NCBI GenBank assembly: GCA_002189035.1
Contig: NEEC01000016.1
Coordinates: 2,294,001 to 2,358,000, forward strand
Length of the DNA stretch: 64,000 nt
Source of the DNA: Utricularia gibba
Taxonomy: Eukaryota; Plantae; Magnoliophyta
Direction: 5' to 3'
Part shown: in pieces, positions 27,521 to 39,889 of the stretch
How positions within the stretch are numbered: the first letter of the stretch is position 1
Layout of the letters: each line of letters begins with the position of its first letter
Notes under the pieces: model-generated
The model's input: only the letters and a program-made list of their open reading frames with translations
Database searches by the model: none
What the model was told of the DNA's origin: nothing
Position numbers and translations under genes: made by a program

Positions 27521-28365
27521 TATTCCTAACTAAACAAATTTAGTCATATTTAGACATAAAAAAACCTAAAACATAGTGAGAAAATGACACTTAACATTTT
27601 CATACTATAAAAATAGGAAAATTTGCGTGTTATCACTAAGGTAACTTCTTCACAATATCAAATGTTGATGAAGAAGTCAAAGTTGATCTTAATGTGTTAA
27701 GTAGAGTCACTTCCTATCAAAGGGAGTGATTGCGCAACAAAGAAGTAACGTGGGCGTGAGGTGGCTTGTTCCATCCGAGCTAGAGTGATAGTTGGGCTAG
27801 ATTGAGCCTTTGTAGTAGTTGTTGTGGAGGCAATTGATGAGTAAGACTGACAACAACTTGCATCATGAGAAATGTGGGGAGAGGATGTAGAACTTTGTCT
27901 ATGTTCTAGAGGGTTATACTAAGTGTGTAAGACTAAAATCCTTGAAAAAGGATTGCATGAGTTGTTGTATGCTTCGATTCATATAGCAAGTTCTTGTATG
28001 TTGGATATTTATGAGCCTAGGAGGTTTCTCGTTTTGGGTTTTACTCGGCTATATCTGTCAATCAATTGTTTACTCATAAATCAGATCATAGATGCATGCA
28101 TATAAACAATCCCAAGTAGCATTGTGTTGTTTTGGATTACTATGCATCACTTATGAGGTGCGCTTTAGCATTTTTCAATACTTTTTTCACAATTTGTACT
28201 TGTTTGAGCATTGGTTTGTCATTTAAAGAATAGTGCTTTAGTTAGTTTCTACTCTTGTAGTAACAATCTTTCCTCAAAAAGCAAACAAACAAGTAGAGCA
28301 TTAGTTCCCACAAGTATGATGATGGAAAATTCATTGATTTGCAACCTGATCTTTTGGTTGTCAAT

Positions 28366-29320
28366 GAAGAAAATACGTAGAATCGAGGGATGCACAGGAA
28401 ATTAGCTTCAAAATGTAGCAATTGATGGAGCAAGAGCCATCATATTACGATGATTATGGCCCAAGTTATGTGCACAATGCACTATCACCCCCTCTCTCTT
28501 ATTCTAAGTACCGCCACCATTCCCTGTAGTTCACCTTCGAGGACAACCTATTGGCTGTGGACTTCTTCCATGGTTTCTATATTATTGATGTGGTATTTGT
28601 CCATATGGGTGAAAAATTAATTGGAGAAACATATTTTTATTGAGATATACCCATCGAATAGATTTCGCTTTGCCAAACATAGGTTGCAGATATGCAAAGC
28701 AATAGAAAACAGGAATGCTATAAGGCCATAGCTAATGAAGTTTTTTATGCACCTAGTAGCTCATATCACCATATTGTTCCAAGAGCAAGTTCTAACAATG
28801 AGGTGAGGGACATGTTTGACTTCTAAGTATTATTGTGCTTGAGGGGATTGCCTTTTTCTACTATTGTGAAGGAAATTAAAACCTTCATTAGAGGCTTGGA
28901 TCTTCCAAAAGAAAAGATTCATTTGATTGCATATTCTGAGGAACAAGCAATTGTCGAGTTATCAAGTCTTGGAGACTCCATAGCTTTTTCCTGCACCACA
29001 AGAGGAGCTAACATAAGAAGTTTAATGAATGTCCCTTGTGATTGACTATGTGTTTCTTCAAAGTCTCTGATTGTGGTTTCGTTATTGTGTGGAGGGAAGG
29101 TATTGCTCCTACACTGTGAATGAGAGGCTTACCATTCTCTCTAGGAAAGGATGATATAATACACTTGTTCAATGCTTTCACACTATTACAGGACTCGTGA
29201 ACTGGGAAAGAAGGCCAATTGAAGAAGCCTCTCCACTGCAGCAGACGCAAAAGAGGCATTAGCGAAGGATCCAATGACTCCATAGAGCTTTTCTCATCTC
29301 CAAAAGAGCAGCCAGCCATG
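28366..29320 (+). pseudogene. hnRNP F/H-like (qRRM) RNA-binding protein pseudogene with three qRRM units
   Basis: PPPFPVVHLRG...IDVVFVH..KQECYKAIANEV; LCLRGLPFS...LFPAPQEEL; MRGLPFSLGKDDII...RPIEEA..TAADAKEALAKDPMT..IELFSS; many stops and indels. Confidence 0.85.
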
Positions 29321-30049
29321 ATGCACCCCACTCATTCGTTCTCTTCTTTTATGCCTTTTGTGGTCGAAAAATAAACATTCATAAAGTATATGTTTATTGA
29401 AACTTAATTACATAATATATATTATATAAACACATTTAAATTCATATGCAATCAATTATATTCTCGTAAAATTACTTTTATTTTTCAAATATATATCAAA
29501 TTTTTTTAATGAGAATGGATTTTAAAAATTAATTTAATTTTATCAAAATATATGAGATGATAAATCTTTTTGAAAATTAATTTTTTATAAGTGGTTTTAC
29601 GATTAAATTTATAATTATACATGTTCTTTTATAAAAGATATAATTAATAATATTATAAATAATTGAATTATTTTAATATGAGTCTATTTAAATTAAAATA
29701 ATTGATGAAATATAAATTATTAAAAAAAATTCTCATTTAGTTAGATTGAAAAATAAATCAATTCTGTAATAATTATTTTTAAAAAAACATATATCAAATT
29801 AGAATTTTCATTTCCATGAGGAGGTGTGTGCATGTGCTTGTGATGTGGTGTTGATGTGTTGCGATGATGATAAGATGCGGATGCGGAACCAGACAACGTT
29901 CACAAAAACATTTGGAGGCCAAAAAAAGAAAACCTTGGTATAATTATTGCATTGCATACCGCGATGCTGAATGTGAACCGCCGAGGGTTACACATTATTA
30001 TATAACCCCACCAGAGCGACCCAATGCTTCTCTTTCGCTCTCCCCAAGT

Positions 30050-32696
30050 ATGGCGACGTCATTTGGAGCCTCCGGCGCTGCCATATCCACCGGCTTCAAC
30101 GCCGCCTCCAATTCGCTCTTTCTCGTTGACGGATATCGGGCCCTCCGTGCCTCTACCTCCGCCGTCAGGGCTGTCTCCGAGGTATCATTTGCTCTTCTAT
30201 TCACACTTTGTCGGATCGTAGATTACGATTTCCATTCATCCGCCAGCCTTTTCAAAGCATAAAAATCATGATTCTTCGCTGTTCGTCATCCAGATGGATT
30301 GGTATTTCATGAGTAATATAAAAGCCTGAGATTAATATTGCCTGTTCCAAATTGGAGTTCCTTGCTATTTACAGTACAATTGAGTTTTTTTTTTTTTTTT
30401 CTTATCAAGGCATGGGTATTTTCTTGCGCTAGTGGGGGGTTTCTTGTTATGGTTCTTAATCTGGGTGGTTGTTTGCACGTTTGCAGAACGTGAAATCAGG
30501 CACTTCAGTAGACCCGAAACGAAGTAAAGTCGAGATCATCAAGGAGAAGAGTAACTTCATAAGATATCCATTAAACGAGGACTTGCTCACTGATGCTCCC
30601 AACCTCTCTGATGACTCAACACAAGTGATCAAGTTCCATGGTAGCTATCAACAGTACAATAGAGATGAGCGCGGTTCAAGGTCATACTCGTTTATGCTTC
30701 GCACAAAGAACCCCTGTGGAAAGGTCCCAAACAGACTTTATTTGGTAATGGATGATCTAGCCGATGAGTGTGGGATTGGGACCCTTCGTTTGACAACTAG
30801 ACAGACATTCCAGCTTCATGGTGTTTTGAAGAAGAACCTTAAGACTGTAATGAGCACTATAATTAGAAATATGGGTTCTACTTTGGGCGCTTGTGGTGAT
30901 CTCAACAGGAATGTTCTGGCTCCAGCAGCCCCTTTCCAGAGAAAAGACTATTTATTTGCACAGGAAACTGCAGAGAATATTGCCGCATTATTAGCTCCCC
31001 AGTCAGGTTTTTACTATGATGTGTGGGTGGATGGAGAAAAATTTGTATCTGCAGAACCTTCTGAGGTTGTGGCAGCCCGGAATGATAATCTTCATGGTAC
31101 AAACTTTCCCGACTCCCCTGAGCCTATTTATGGAACTCAGTTCTTGCCGAGAAAGTTCAAAGTTGCGGTTACAGTGCCATCCGACAACTCAGTGGATCTT
31201 TTTACAAATGATATTGGTGTGGTTGTTGTGTCCGATCCAAATGGAGAGCCTCAGGGCTTCAATATCTATGTAAGTTTACTTGGTAAAATTATTAAGTCTT
31301 CGCGTTGTTTTGAAGTTGAACGTTGCAGGTTGGTGGTGGGATGGGAAGAACGCATAGGATGGAGAGCACTTTCCCTCGGTTGGCGGAACCACTGGGATAT
31401 GTGCCCAAGGAAGATATATTGTATGCAGTGAAGGCCATCGTTGTGACACAAAGAGAAAATGGTAGAAGAGATGACCGCAGATACAGTAGAATGAAATACT
31501 TGCTCAGCTCCTGGGGGATTGAAAAATTCAAAAGTGTGGTGGAACAGTACTATGGGAAGAAATTTGAACCTTGCCACGATTTACCCGAGTGGGAATTCAA
31601 AAGCTACTTGGGATGGCATGATCAGGTTCATCCTCCGGTTTCAGTCATGCTGACATGTGTGCATTAATTGAACAGATTAATTGTTTTGTAGGGCGATGGT
31701 GTGCTGTTCTGTGGTCTTCATGTTGATAATGGGCGGATCAAGGGTGCAATGAAGAAAACCTTAAGGGAAATAATTGAGAGGTATAATTTGAACGTGCGCA
31801 TAACTCCCAACCAAAACCTTGTCCTATGTGATATTCGGGAAGCATGGAAGCAGCCTATAACCACGGCTCTTGCTCAGTGTGGTCTGCTGGTAACACACTA
31901 TACAACTCACTTACGCCCTTATCATCCATTGTTTCATTGCTTACGAGTATTTAACCAGTTACACTTTTACTGAAAAGCAACCGGAGCATGTGGATCCTCT
32001 CAATATAACAGGAATGGCTTGCCCAGCATTGCCTCTTTGCCCCCTGGCAGTTGCGGAAGCCGAGCGTGGGGCACCGGACATCCTTAAACGCATTCGTGTG
32101 ATGTTTGAGAAAGTAAGGATCTCAGTCGTGATTTCAAATGGAACCCCCTGATGCAATATACACTAATGTGAAACTTTTGATAGGTTGGTCTCCAGCATAA
32201 CGAATCTGTGGTGGTAAGGGTGACGGGTTGCCCCAATGGCTGTGCTAGACCATACATGGCTGAGCTCGGGTTGGTTGGCTCCGGACCAAATGCTTATCAG
32301 GTAGGTGCATCTCCGCTTGAGTCTTACAACCGAATCACCGCGGGCTGATCACCATAGGGTGGGTCCATGTTTGTTTGTTTGTTTTCTAAAAGATTTGGGT
32401 TGGAGGGACACCCAACCAGACGTTACTAGCCAAGGTGTTGTACGACAAGGTGAAGATTCAAGATCTGGAGACAGTCCTGGAGCCCCTGTTCTACAACTGG
32501 AAATGGTTGCGGGTGTCAAATGAATCCTTTGGTGAATTCACAAACCGTGTGGTAAGCCAAGAGAAAAGGGGGTGTGTGCGTGGATAGAGGCAAGTTGTAG
32601 TTGACATTGTTGAGGTTTACTGATCATCAGGGCGCTGAAAAGCTTCTCGAGATGGTGGACAAATGGGAAGGGGTGTCGGCGGCATCATCCCCGTGA
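30050..32696 (+). CDS. SIR: Ferredoxin-dependent sulfite reductase, plastid-targeted; 8 exons: 30050-30181, 30487-31269, 31329-31625, 31692-31889, 31978-32112, 32184-32300, 32393-32551, 32631-32696 (628 aa)
   Basis: All introns GT-AG and phase 0; no internal stops; motifs [32 protein letters not shown]; siroheme/Fe-S ligands [10 protein letters not shown] and VTGCPNGC intact; Ser/Ala-rich transit peptide. Confidence 0.97.
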
Positions 32697-34371
32697 GGCC
32701 GTGGGGCGGCGGAGGAGGGCCTGGCCACATTCTCAGTGCTTTCTTCCCTTCTTGTTGTTGCTTTTGAAAAATATGGAGTACATTGTTTAGACGCCAAAAG
32801 ATCATTAATAAAAGATGGGTAAGGTTGCAACTACCAAGCCAACAGGGCAGCTTTCCCTTTCCTTGCTGTTTTCTGATGAGCGGATGGCAGCCCGTTCCAG
32901 TTTGAGGGAGTTCCGGAGCTCGTAGTAGATCTGGACGGAATCTGAAGGTCGCCTCCATGGAAGCGTTTTCCGAGCGAGTAGCATCCCCACAGCCTAAAAC
33001 ACAAATTAGAAATTTTTTTGTTCGAATTAATTAACCCGAGCCTTGATTGGAATAGCCTCCGAAATTTAACATAATTGTAAAATTAGTTTCTACCGTTTCA
33101 TTTTGTATCCTTACTGTTGCAATTAGTTTATTTGCAAATGTGACAAACTTAGTTCCTAAAAAAATAGTCTCCATTGTTTATTCAATTAGTATTCCATAAA
33201 TGATCCTCATTATTTGAAAAAATAGATGCAGACAGTGCCTTATTATTTACTGTTTTGACAGAATAGGCTCCCAATAAATATTATATATATGGTGTTTACC
33301 AGACAAACCTTGCTACGATGATCATCCCTTCAATTCAATTCGTAATCATCAAAACAGAATTTCGCGTGTGAAATGAAAAGTATTTGTTCATTTTTGTGTT
33401 GAAAGTCGTTTTCATATTTCACCAACACAACATACATGCTGGTCGCCTGATCCATTCGTATACCAAAACACTCATAAAACCAATGGAAACGGATTCAATA
33501 CAACATTAATGTTCGTGGTGACTTTCTCTTCATGCATTAATTAGAGGACTTTTTTCCCATAAAATAAGCAACAAAGACAACCCTCACGCTTGCACTGGGT
33601 TAAAATTTCACAAAAAGCTCAAGACTGTAAAAGTGAGAACTGACTCTTCTCATCTAAAATAATCATCAGAAGATCATCATGTCAACTCCTGATGTTACAG
33701 TAATCGTTGCATCTATCCGCACATGTATACAAGATGCTTAACTTTCGGCAATTTGGGCCAGTAAGTGCTTCCTTTTCACTGTCTTTGAGTGTATAAAAAA
33801 GAAGAAGAAACATATAGATCTGGGGAAAGTCTTCGATGCGAAAAAACAACTTGAATCATGGAAAAAAATGCTGTCTCCCTGTCCATACGTTTGTCATTTA
33901 GTCAAATAAACGTATTATATGGAATCCAATTCAATAGTCATCATCATCATCTTCTTCTTCTTGAACTACGTGCCTATATTAAATTGCTCAAAGAATTCCA
34001 GAACTTTTTGAATTTTTGAACCACTCAAATCATGTATTTACATGTTGCTATGAGTAGAAATCTGATAGGGGATTCGTTGCAGATTTCAAACATATGAATT
34101 AGCACTTGGCTGATTTGCATGATCAAGATTTGATTGTTTGGTAGATTTCTAAGTGATAAATCAAAACAAAGATTTTTAATATGAAAACTAATGTGACGGA
34201 AAACCACAAAGTCAGGGGAGCTCATTAGAGAAAATGATTCTACTAAGAAGAATGAGGAAGGCTATAAGGTTTGCAACAAATGCAAAGTGTTTCTCTCTTG
34301 AATTGAACTTCTATTCATAGAGAAGCTCTAGTCGATCGATTCTGAGAGGGGTAGATACTTTAATACAAAAG

Positions 34372-35658
34372 TGATGACATACATTTTCTTATTATTTAAT
34401 AATACAAAATTATGATATTTGGCTATGGTTTAGGTTAGGTTTGTGTAGTTTTTCATATTTTATATGTTGTTTAGTTTATTTTCGTGTTTATGTTAAAAAG
34501 TGCACTAAATCCATTGATTTAGTCCACCTTTTTTTATTGACTTTTAATTAAATCTAGCAGAAGGATTAGCAGCAAATCGGGCTGAAAGATATATGAATTA
34601 AGTTGAAGGAGGTAAAATTTCTAAAGGGAGAGAAAAAGCATTGTTCTGCCGCCTGTAGTATGTAAGGCAAAGAACAGTACTGGTGTCAATAACAATGTAT
34701 TGGAGTAAAGAAGATAAGATATTTTTGGAAGATTGAGAGAAGAAAAAGAGTACAGTTTCAACAGCGAAGAACATAGAGAGAGGCTTGAGAACGAACGAAA
34801 GGGGGTGAGGAAGACGATTTTTCTTGAAGAAAAACCTCAATGTGAAGAACAAGCTTAAGAACTCAGTTTGGTGCTATTGCTCTAGCTGTGAATAGCAGCA
34901 AAAGAAGAACATAACTATTTCGTCTTATTTTTCGTTTGCTAGATATTTAGTTTCTGTGACAATTTATCTTACAATATTTAAGATATTTCCATTAGTTTAT
35001 GATTATGAAACCTTGCTTTACTTACTAAATATGATTGGCTATCATTTCTCGGTAGACCTAAGGGAGGGGGAGGGGAATGAATAGCTTCATAAATTAGATG
35101 CTTGAGTTAATGGTAAACCAACAAATTAAGGTGAAGAGAATAGGTATTGGTCCAAGGTAGAATCAATAGAGTTGGATAGACCTGTTTCTACATATTTTAC
35201 ACATGGGTAAACCTAAGTATTATATGGATGATGATATTAGAGGTTATGTTAACCAAGAACACGAGAAATAACCTAGGTAGATTTAGGTTATTTGAAGTTG
35301 TAATCATAGAAATATTGTAGATTAAATTAGGGATCTTAGTACCATATCACCTACACTACCTTGAGGCATCATAATGTTACATTATGCACAAAACCTATAT
35401 TTATTACCTTTTACATTGTTATTTGATTTTATTTACTAAATTTGCGTACCGCTTTTAGTTTGAGCCTAGACTAAGAGTATTGTTTATTTTGTGAACCTGC
35501 ATCTAAGAAAACACACAGCAAGCACTTGCTTCTTAATCGATCTCAAAATTTCACTATACATCTTGTGTTTAATTTCTATCTTTTGAAAAGTAGAGATTAC
35601 AAATTTATTTAATAAGAAAATTCTATTTTTACAATGATTTTGGAATTTTCATTTATCA
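34372..35658 (+). repeat. Athila-like 5' LTR followed by a degenerate tRNA-Asp-type PBS (35668-35681)
   Basis: TGATGACATAC...TTTTCATTTATCA, then AAAAGTTTT TGGTCCACTGCGGG. Confidence 0.7.
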
Positions 35659-36859
35659 AAAAGTTTTTGGTCCACTGCGGGTTTCTTCCATTGCCCGAAA
35701 TTTGATCTTTGAGAGACTCGAAGAAACTACCGTCTGAAATGAGTCCCCCACCTCTACGATTTCAGAGTCAGCTCTGACTCAATTAGGGATTCTCGGTCAG
35801 ACTCGTAATAAGTATTGACCTGATTTCCTTTTTTCCCACAACATTGATTCTATGTGACTCATTATCAACTACTCTCCTTTGGCACTCACACCAGTTCCGA
35901 TTGTTATTCGATCCGGAACACCTCACACTCCGACACGTAAATCTTCTCAACCCCAAGTCTCAAAGAAAAAAAAAGGTTAAGACTTGTGTCATCAAACCCA
36001 ATTTAAAAAAGCAAAGAGGAAGTTAGGCTTATCTTTGCCATTTTCTACTGAATTATAAGGATAACCTATTTTCTATTTATTTTTGTAGTTGATGAAATGG
36101 GAAGATCACAAGCCCTACTGGCTGCCGCAAAAGCTCGCTTGGATACTCAAATGCAACAAGTGTGTGAATGGGGCCCTTGTGAGGCCTCTGAGGTTGGTTC
36201 TCCTCTTCTATTCTTTTCCCGATTCTAAATTCCATTGCTGATTTCAATTTTTGGTCTTTAGAGCCCTCTTTCATTTGAGATCAATCCTAACAGCTGCGGC
36301 CCTTATGTGAAGAGTAGCTTATGTTGTGTCAAAATTGATTATATTTGTGGTATTTTTAGTCTTAGGATAGGGAATTAGGTGAGTTAGAATAGGAAGAAGT
36401 GTTGAAAGTAGAGTTACTAAATTTATTTTAGGGGCCTGTTTTGATTTGATCCATTTCTTGGGGTGAACTTACTTTTCATCTAAACCTAGGACTATCTAGC
36501 CCATTTGGGCTGGACTGTGTATTTTAACCATTCTGTGCAGCAATTATTAGTCTAGGGGCAAATAGACAATGTGCGTTTGCATGCACAAAGAGATAATATT
36601 ACATGATAGGAAACACAGAACGAGAAGTGTTCCCCACCCCACAACATGCAAGAGGGGCATGCATGGTCGAGAAGAGAGAGAAGGGAGATTTTTTACATTG
36701 AAAAGCCCTTTTTTCAGTGAGTTTGAGCAGATTTCAGGAAGAAGATGAAGAAAGAATTGTTCCAGCGTGACAATGGAACTTACCTCCAATGTCTAGAACC
36801 TAGCAAAAACTGAAACCTATCTATTGAGAAGGAGATAACGGAAGCAATTTAAGAGTGAT

Positions 36860-38023
36860 TGTTAAGTGTCATTTTTTTACTATTTCTTTGGTTGTTTTTA
36901 TGCTTAATTGTAATTATAAATGTCCAATTAGGAGTCTATAATATGAGATTTAGATTTTTATCTAGTTTAGGGTAATTATCCTAAATCTTGTATTTTATCT
37001 ATTAATTTTACTAGTTTTAATTGAGTTTTTCTAGAGGCGCACACGTGGTAGGAAGTGAGAAAAAGAGGGCATCAGATGGTGACAAATTGGATCTTCCCGA
37101 GCTGACATTCCCTTGATTTTCAGAAGACTGCAAACGCCTAATCATGAGCCTTGACGTGCGGAAAACGGGAGTCTTTGACAGGCGGTATCATTAGCGTACC
37201 AATGTGAGACGTTGCTTGCAAGTCATCCCAAGTTCAACAGAATCACAGGAACACGAAATCTCAGACTTTCATTGAAGTTCCATTCTAATCAGACATTAGG
37301 GGAGTAGTTAGTTTAGTTTTAGACTTTTGTTTCTCTCTCTAGAGGATTTTTCCTCTATCTTCTCTCTAGAATTTTGTTTTCCTTTCCTTCGTTTCTGGGT
37401 GGGAACACCCCTAGTTCTATGTTCCGTTAGCTTATCTTCATCTCTTCTTTGAATCCGAACGGGTTTCGTATGTCTTCACGCGATTATGTTGTAGTCTTTC
37501 TGTAATAGTCCCCTTATTCAAGGTTCATGGTTAGCTGATCACTACCGCGGATTTTGGAGAGGAGCAAGGTGAAAAGCACCAACTCATGCCCTCTTAGCAG
37601 GAGGAAGAAAATGTTTTGTCTGTGGCCGTACCTGAGGATCAATGGACAGGTAGTGACCTCGTATCTGAACTCATTGGGCCATTGGCAACACTTGGGCACA
37701 CGCATGCAATTCGGCCGTGAGGGTATGCTGGCAGCACCTCTTATTCTCACGTTCGTCCAAGGAACATTTACTTTATTTAAGGTTCATCGCTTACGTTTAT
37801 TTCATTTGTCTATTCAAAACCCCCCTTATTCCCTTACTCAAGCTTCATCATCAACGTTTCTCACACTTTCTACTTTCAAAACCGTTTACAAATCATCACA
37901 GTTGTATTCGGGGTACCTCACCTTTCACATAAAAACAACTCCCTGTATTCGACACCCGTACTACGCTTTTGTGTTTTACGTGTTTTAAAATATGAAAATT
38001 TGTTGTGGAAACGACACGCATCA
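36860..38023 (+). mobile_element. Athila-like solo LTR (family A, 1164 bp) inserted in another Athila internal region
   Basis: TGTTAAGTGTC...GCATCA; perfect TSD GTGAT. Confidence 0.92.
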
Positions 38024-38740
38024 GTGATACTAGAACTACCTCCATCATCCAGAACAACAACAAAACTATGAACTTTCACAGGGAAGCTTGAGAACCATCT
38101 TATTAGAGTAGAATAAGATGACACACTCGCAATAACTAATTTTGAGGATTGAAAGAACTTTTTATTTTTTGCACAAAATCTGCAGATAGCAAAAACAAAG
38201 GGGTCAGAAAAGCATCATCACTAGAAAAGTGATGAGACCCACGTCTCGAAAAGCAACACACAACAAAAGAGCGTGTGTAGATGGCAGAGCAAAGAGCACA
38301 AGGAGGTTATGAGAACAACTCAAAGCAGTAGAAGGGACCCTTGGAGGAATAAGGAGGAGAGTGCATCGCCCACACTCACATACAAAAAGGGGAAGCAATA
38401 GTTACCTGAGTTGAACTCTAAATTTTCCCTGGGCTCGATCTCTATAGAAAAAAAGAAAGAAAAAGAATGAAAAAAAAATAGAAGAGAAAGAGGAAAAATA
38501 GCAGTGACAACCAGCATTCTTCGAAGGTAAGCATATGCTATTCTTGCTAATTTAATCTTCGAATGCATCTTTCAAGATGAAATTGTCATGTATGCTTGAG
38601 TGACACCCTCACATGCACACTGGCACCCCTTCAATTTATGCATTTTGAGCTGAATGTTAAGCATTCTCATTGCTACGTAGGGGATCCATTAACTATTTAT
38701 CTTCTGTTAGTCTTAGTTAGGACTTGAGGACAAGTCTAGT

Positions 38741-38757
38741 GTCATTGTAGCATAATG
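38741..38757 (+). other. Second tRNA-Asp 5'-end-like 17-mer at the PPT position
   Basis: GTCATTGTAGCATAATG (14/17; the extra difference is a CpG-type transition); abuts LTR start at 38758. Confidence 0.65.
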
Positions 38758-39878
38758 TGATAACACATATTTTTGAGTGATGGAGTGCATGGAAATTACT
38801 CATATTGTGCTACAAAAAAACAGATTTTACTGCCCGGTTCTATATTTTTGCGCAAAGTACCGTAGTTATGCTATTTTAGTCTTAGTTGGGACTAAATCAA
38901 TATAGGTCGCAACACAAATCCCAAGGAGCCGAATATGAACAGTGTGGTGGTAGAGGATGAGGCAGAAGTCTGAAAATAAGTACACACAAAATCCAAGGAA
39001 GAAGAAAATGGGAGATTTTGGACAAAAAGGGGACAAGATGGAGAGAGAAGGCAGATCTCCCCCATTGAAGACTCTCGACATTTTTCCTGGAGAAGGTTTT
39101 TCTGGGGAGGAAGAAGGAGGAAGATAAACAGGAACGAAGCTGAAGTTTCAAGACTATTTTCTATTTTCGAAGAATATTACTCTTAGTTAAGAGTAGCTAG
39201 CGACGTTTCTAGTTTTTGTTGACATTTCACATTACTTGCTTGTTTGCTTTCTGGTATTCGACTGTGAAATGAGTGCACTGTGGATGATGTTTTCTTTTCT
39301 ATTTTTGTTTACCTTAAGCATGAGTAGCTAAGCACTTAGGAGGTGCCTTCGGGTGAAAAGGGGGATGTGCTAATGAATCTTTAGACCTAATCAACCATAA
39401 GTCACGACACTTCCTTAACAAACCAGGATAAATTCAGGAGGGGGAAGTAGTGAAACCCAGCTTAACAACCTTAATTAGAGGTAGACCAAAGATTAGGGGA
39501 AACAAAGAGTGTGGGTAGACCTAGACCTTGTGAGTTAGTTGTATGATTTATGGTTTGTGTAAGCGTGTTTAGTGATAAACATACATCTCCTAGGAATCCC
39601 AAGACATCACCCATTTCATTCCAGAAACAACCGAGCTCCAAAACTTATTACTTTTCTTTACTGTATTCTGTTGTAGTTCTACCTTAGTCCTAGTTAAGAC
39701 CAATTCTACCAACTTGACACTGATTTCATGCATTGACGCTCACATGACAAGCACCTGCTCTTAGTGTTCGACCCTAACCACTATTTTCATAATTGTGTTA
39801 TACTTGAATGTGTGTTAGGTTATATATTTATGTGATAGAAAAAATTGCAATTTAACGACGTTGCTAATTTTTCGTTGT
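38758..39878 (+). repeat. Athila-like LTR (family B)
   Basis: Colinear with solo LTR 48907-50017; 3' terminus damaged. Confidence 0.8.
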
Positions 39879-39889
39879 TGATAAATGTC

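Noticed and set aside
28366-29320. Calling the qRRM pseudogene a processed retrocopy
   Set aside because: No poly(A) tail or TSD is visible, and intron-like sequence with an AG acceptor precedes it.
29008-29331. 107-aa minus-strand ORF
   Set aside because: It is the antisense shadow of the third qRRM unit of the plus-strand pseudogene.
33682-33813. 43-aa Cys-containing minus-strand ORF (C-x8-C-x3-C-x3-C), defensin-like at first sight
   Set aside because: It has only four Cys, no convincing signal peptide, and lacks the C-terminal CxC motif.
29400-34000. Search for a miR395 hairpin or a clear sulfur-response element around SIR
   Set aside because: No match found by eye.
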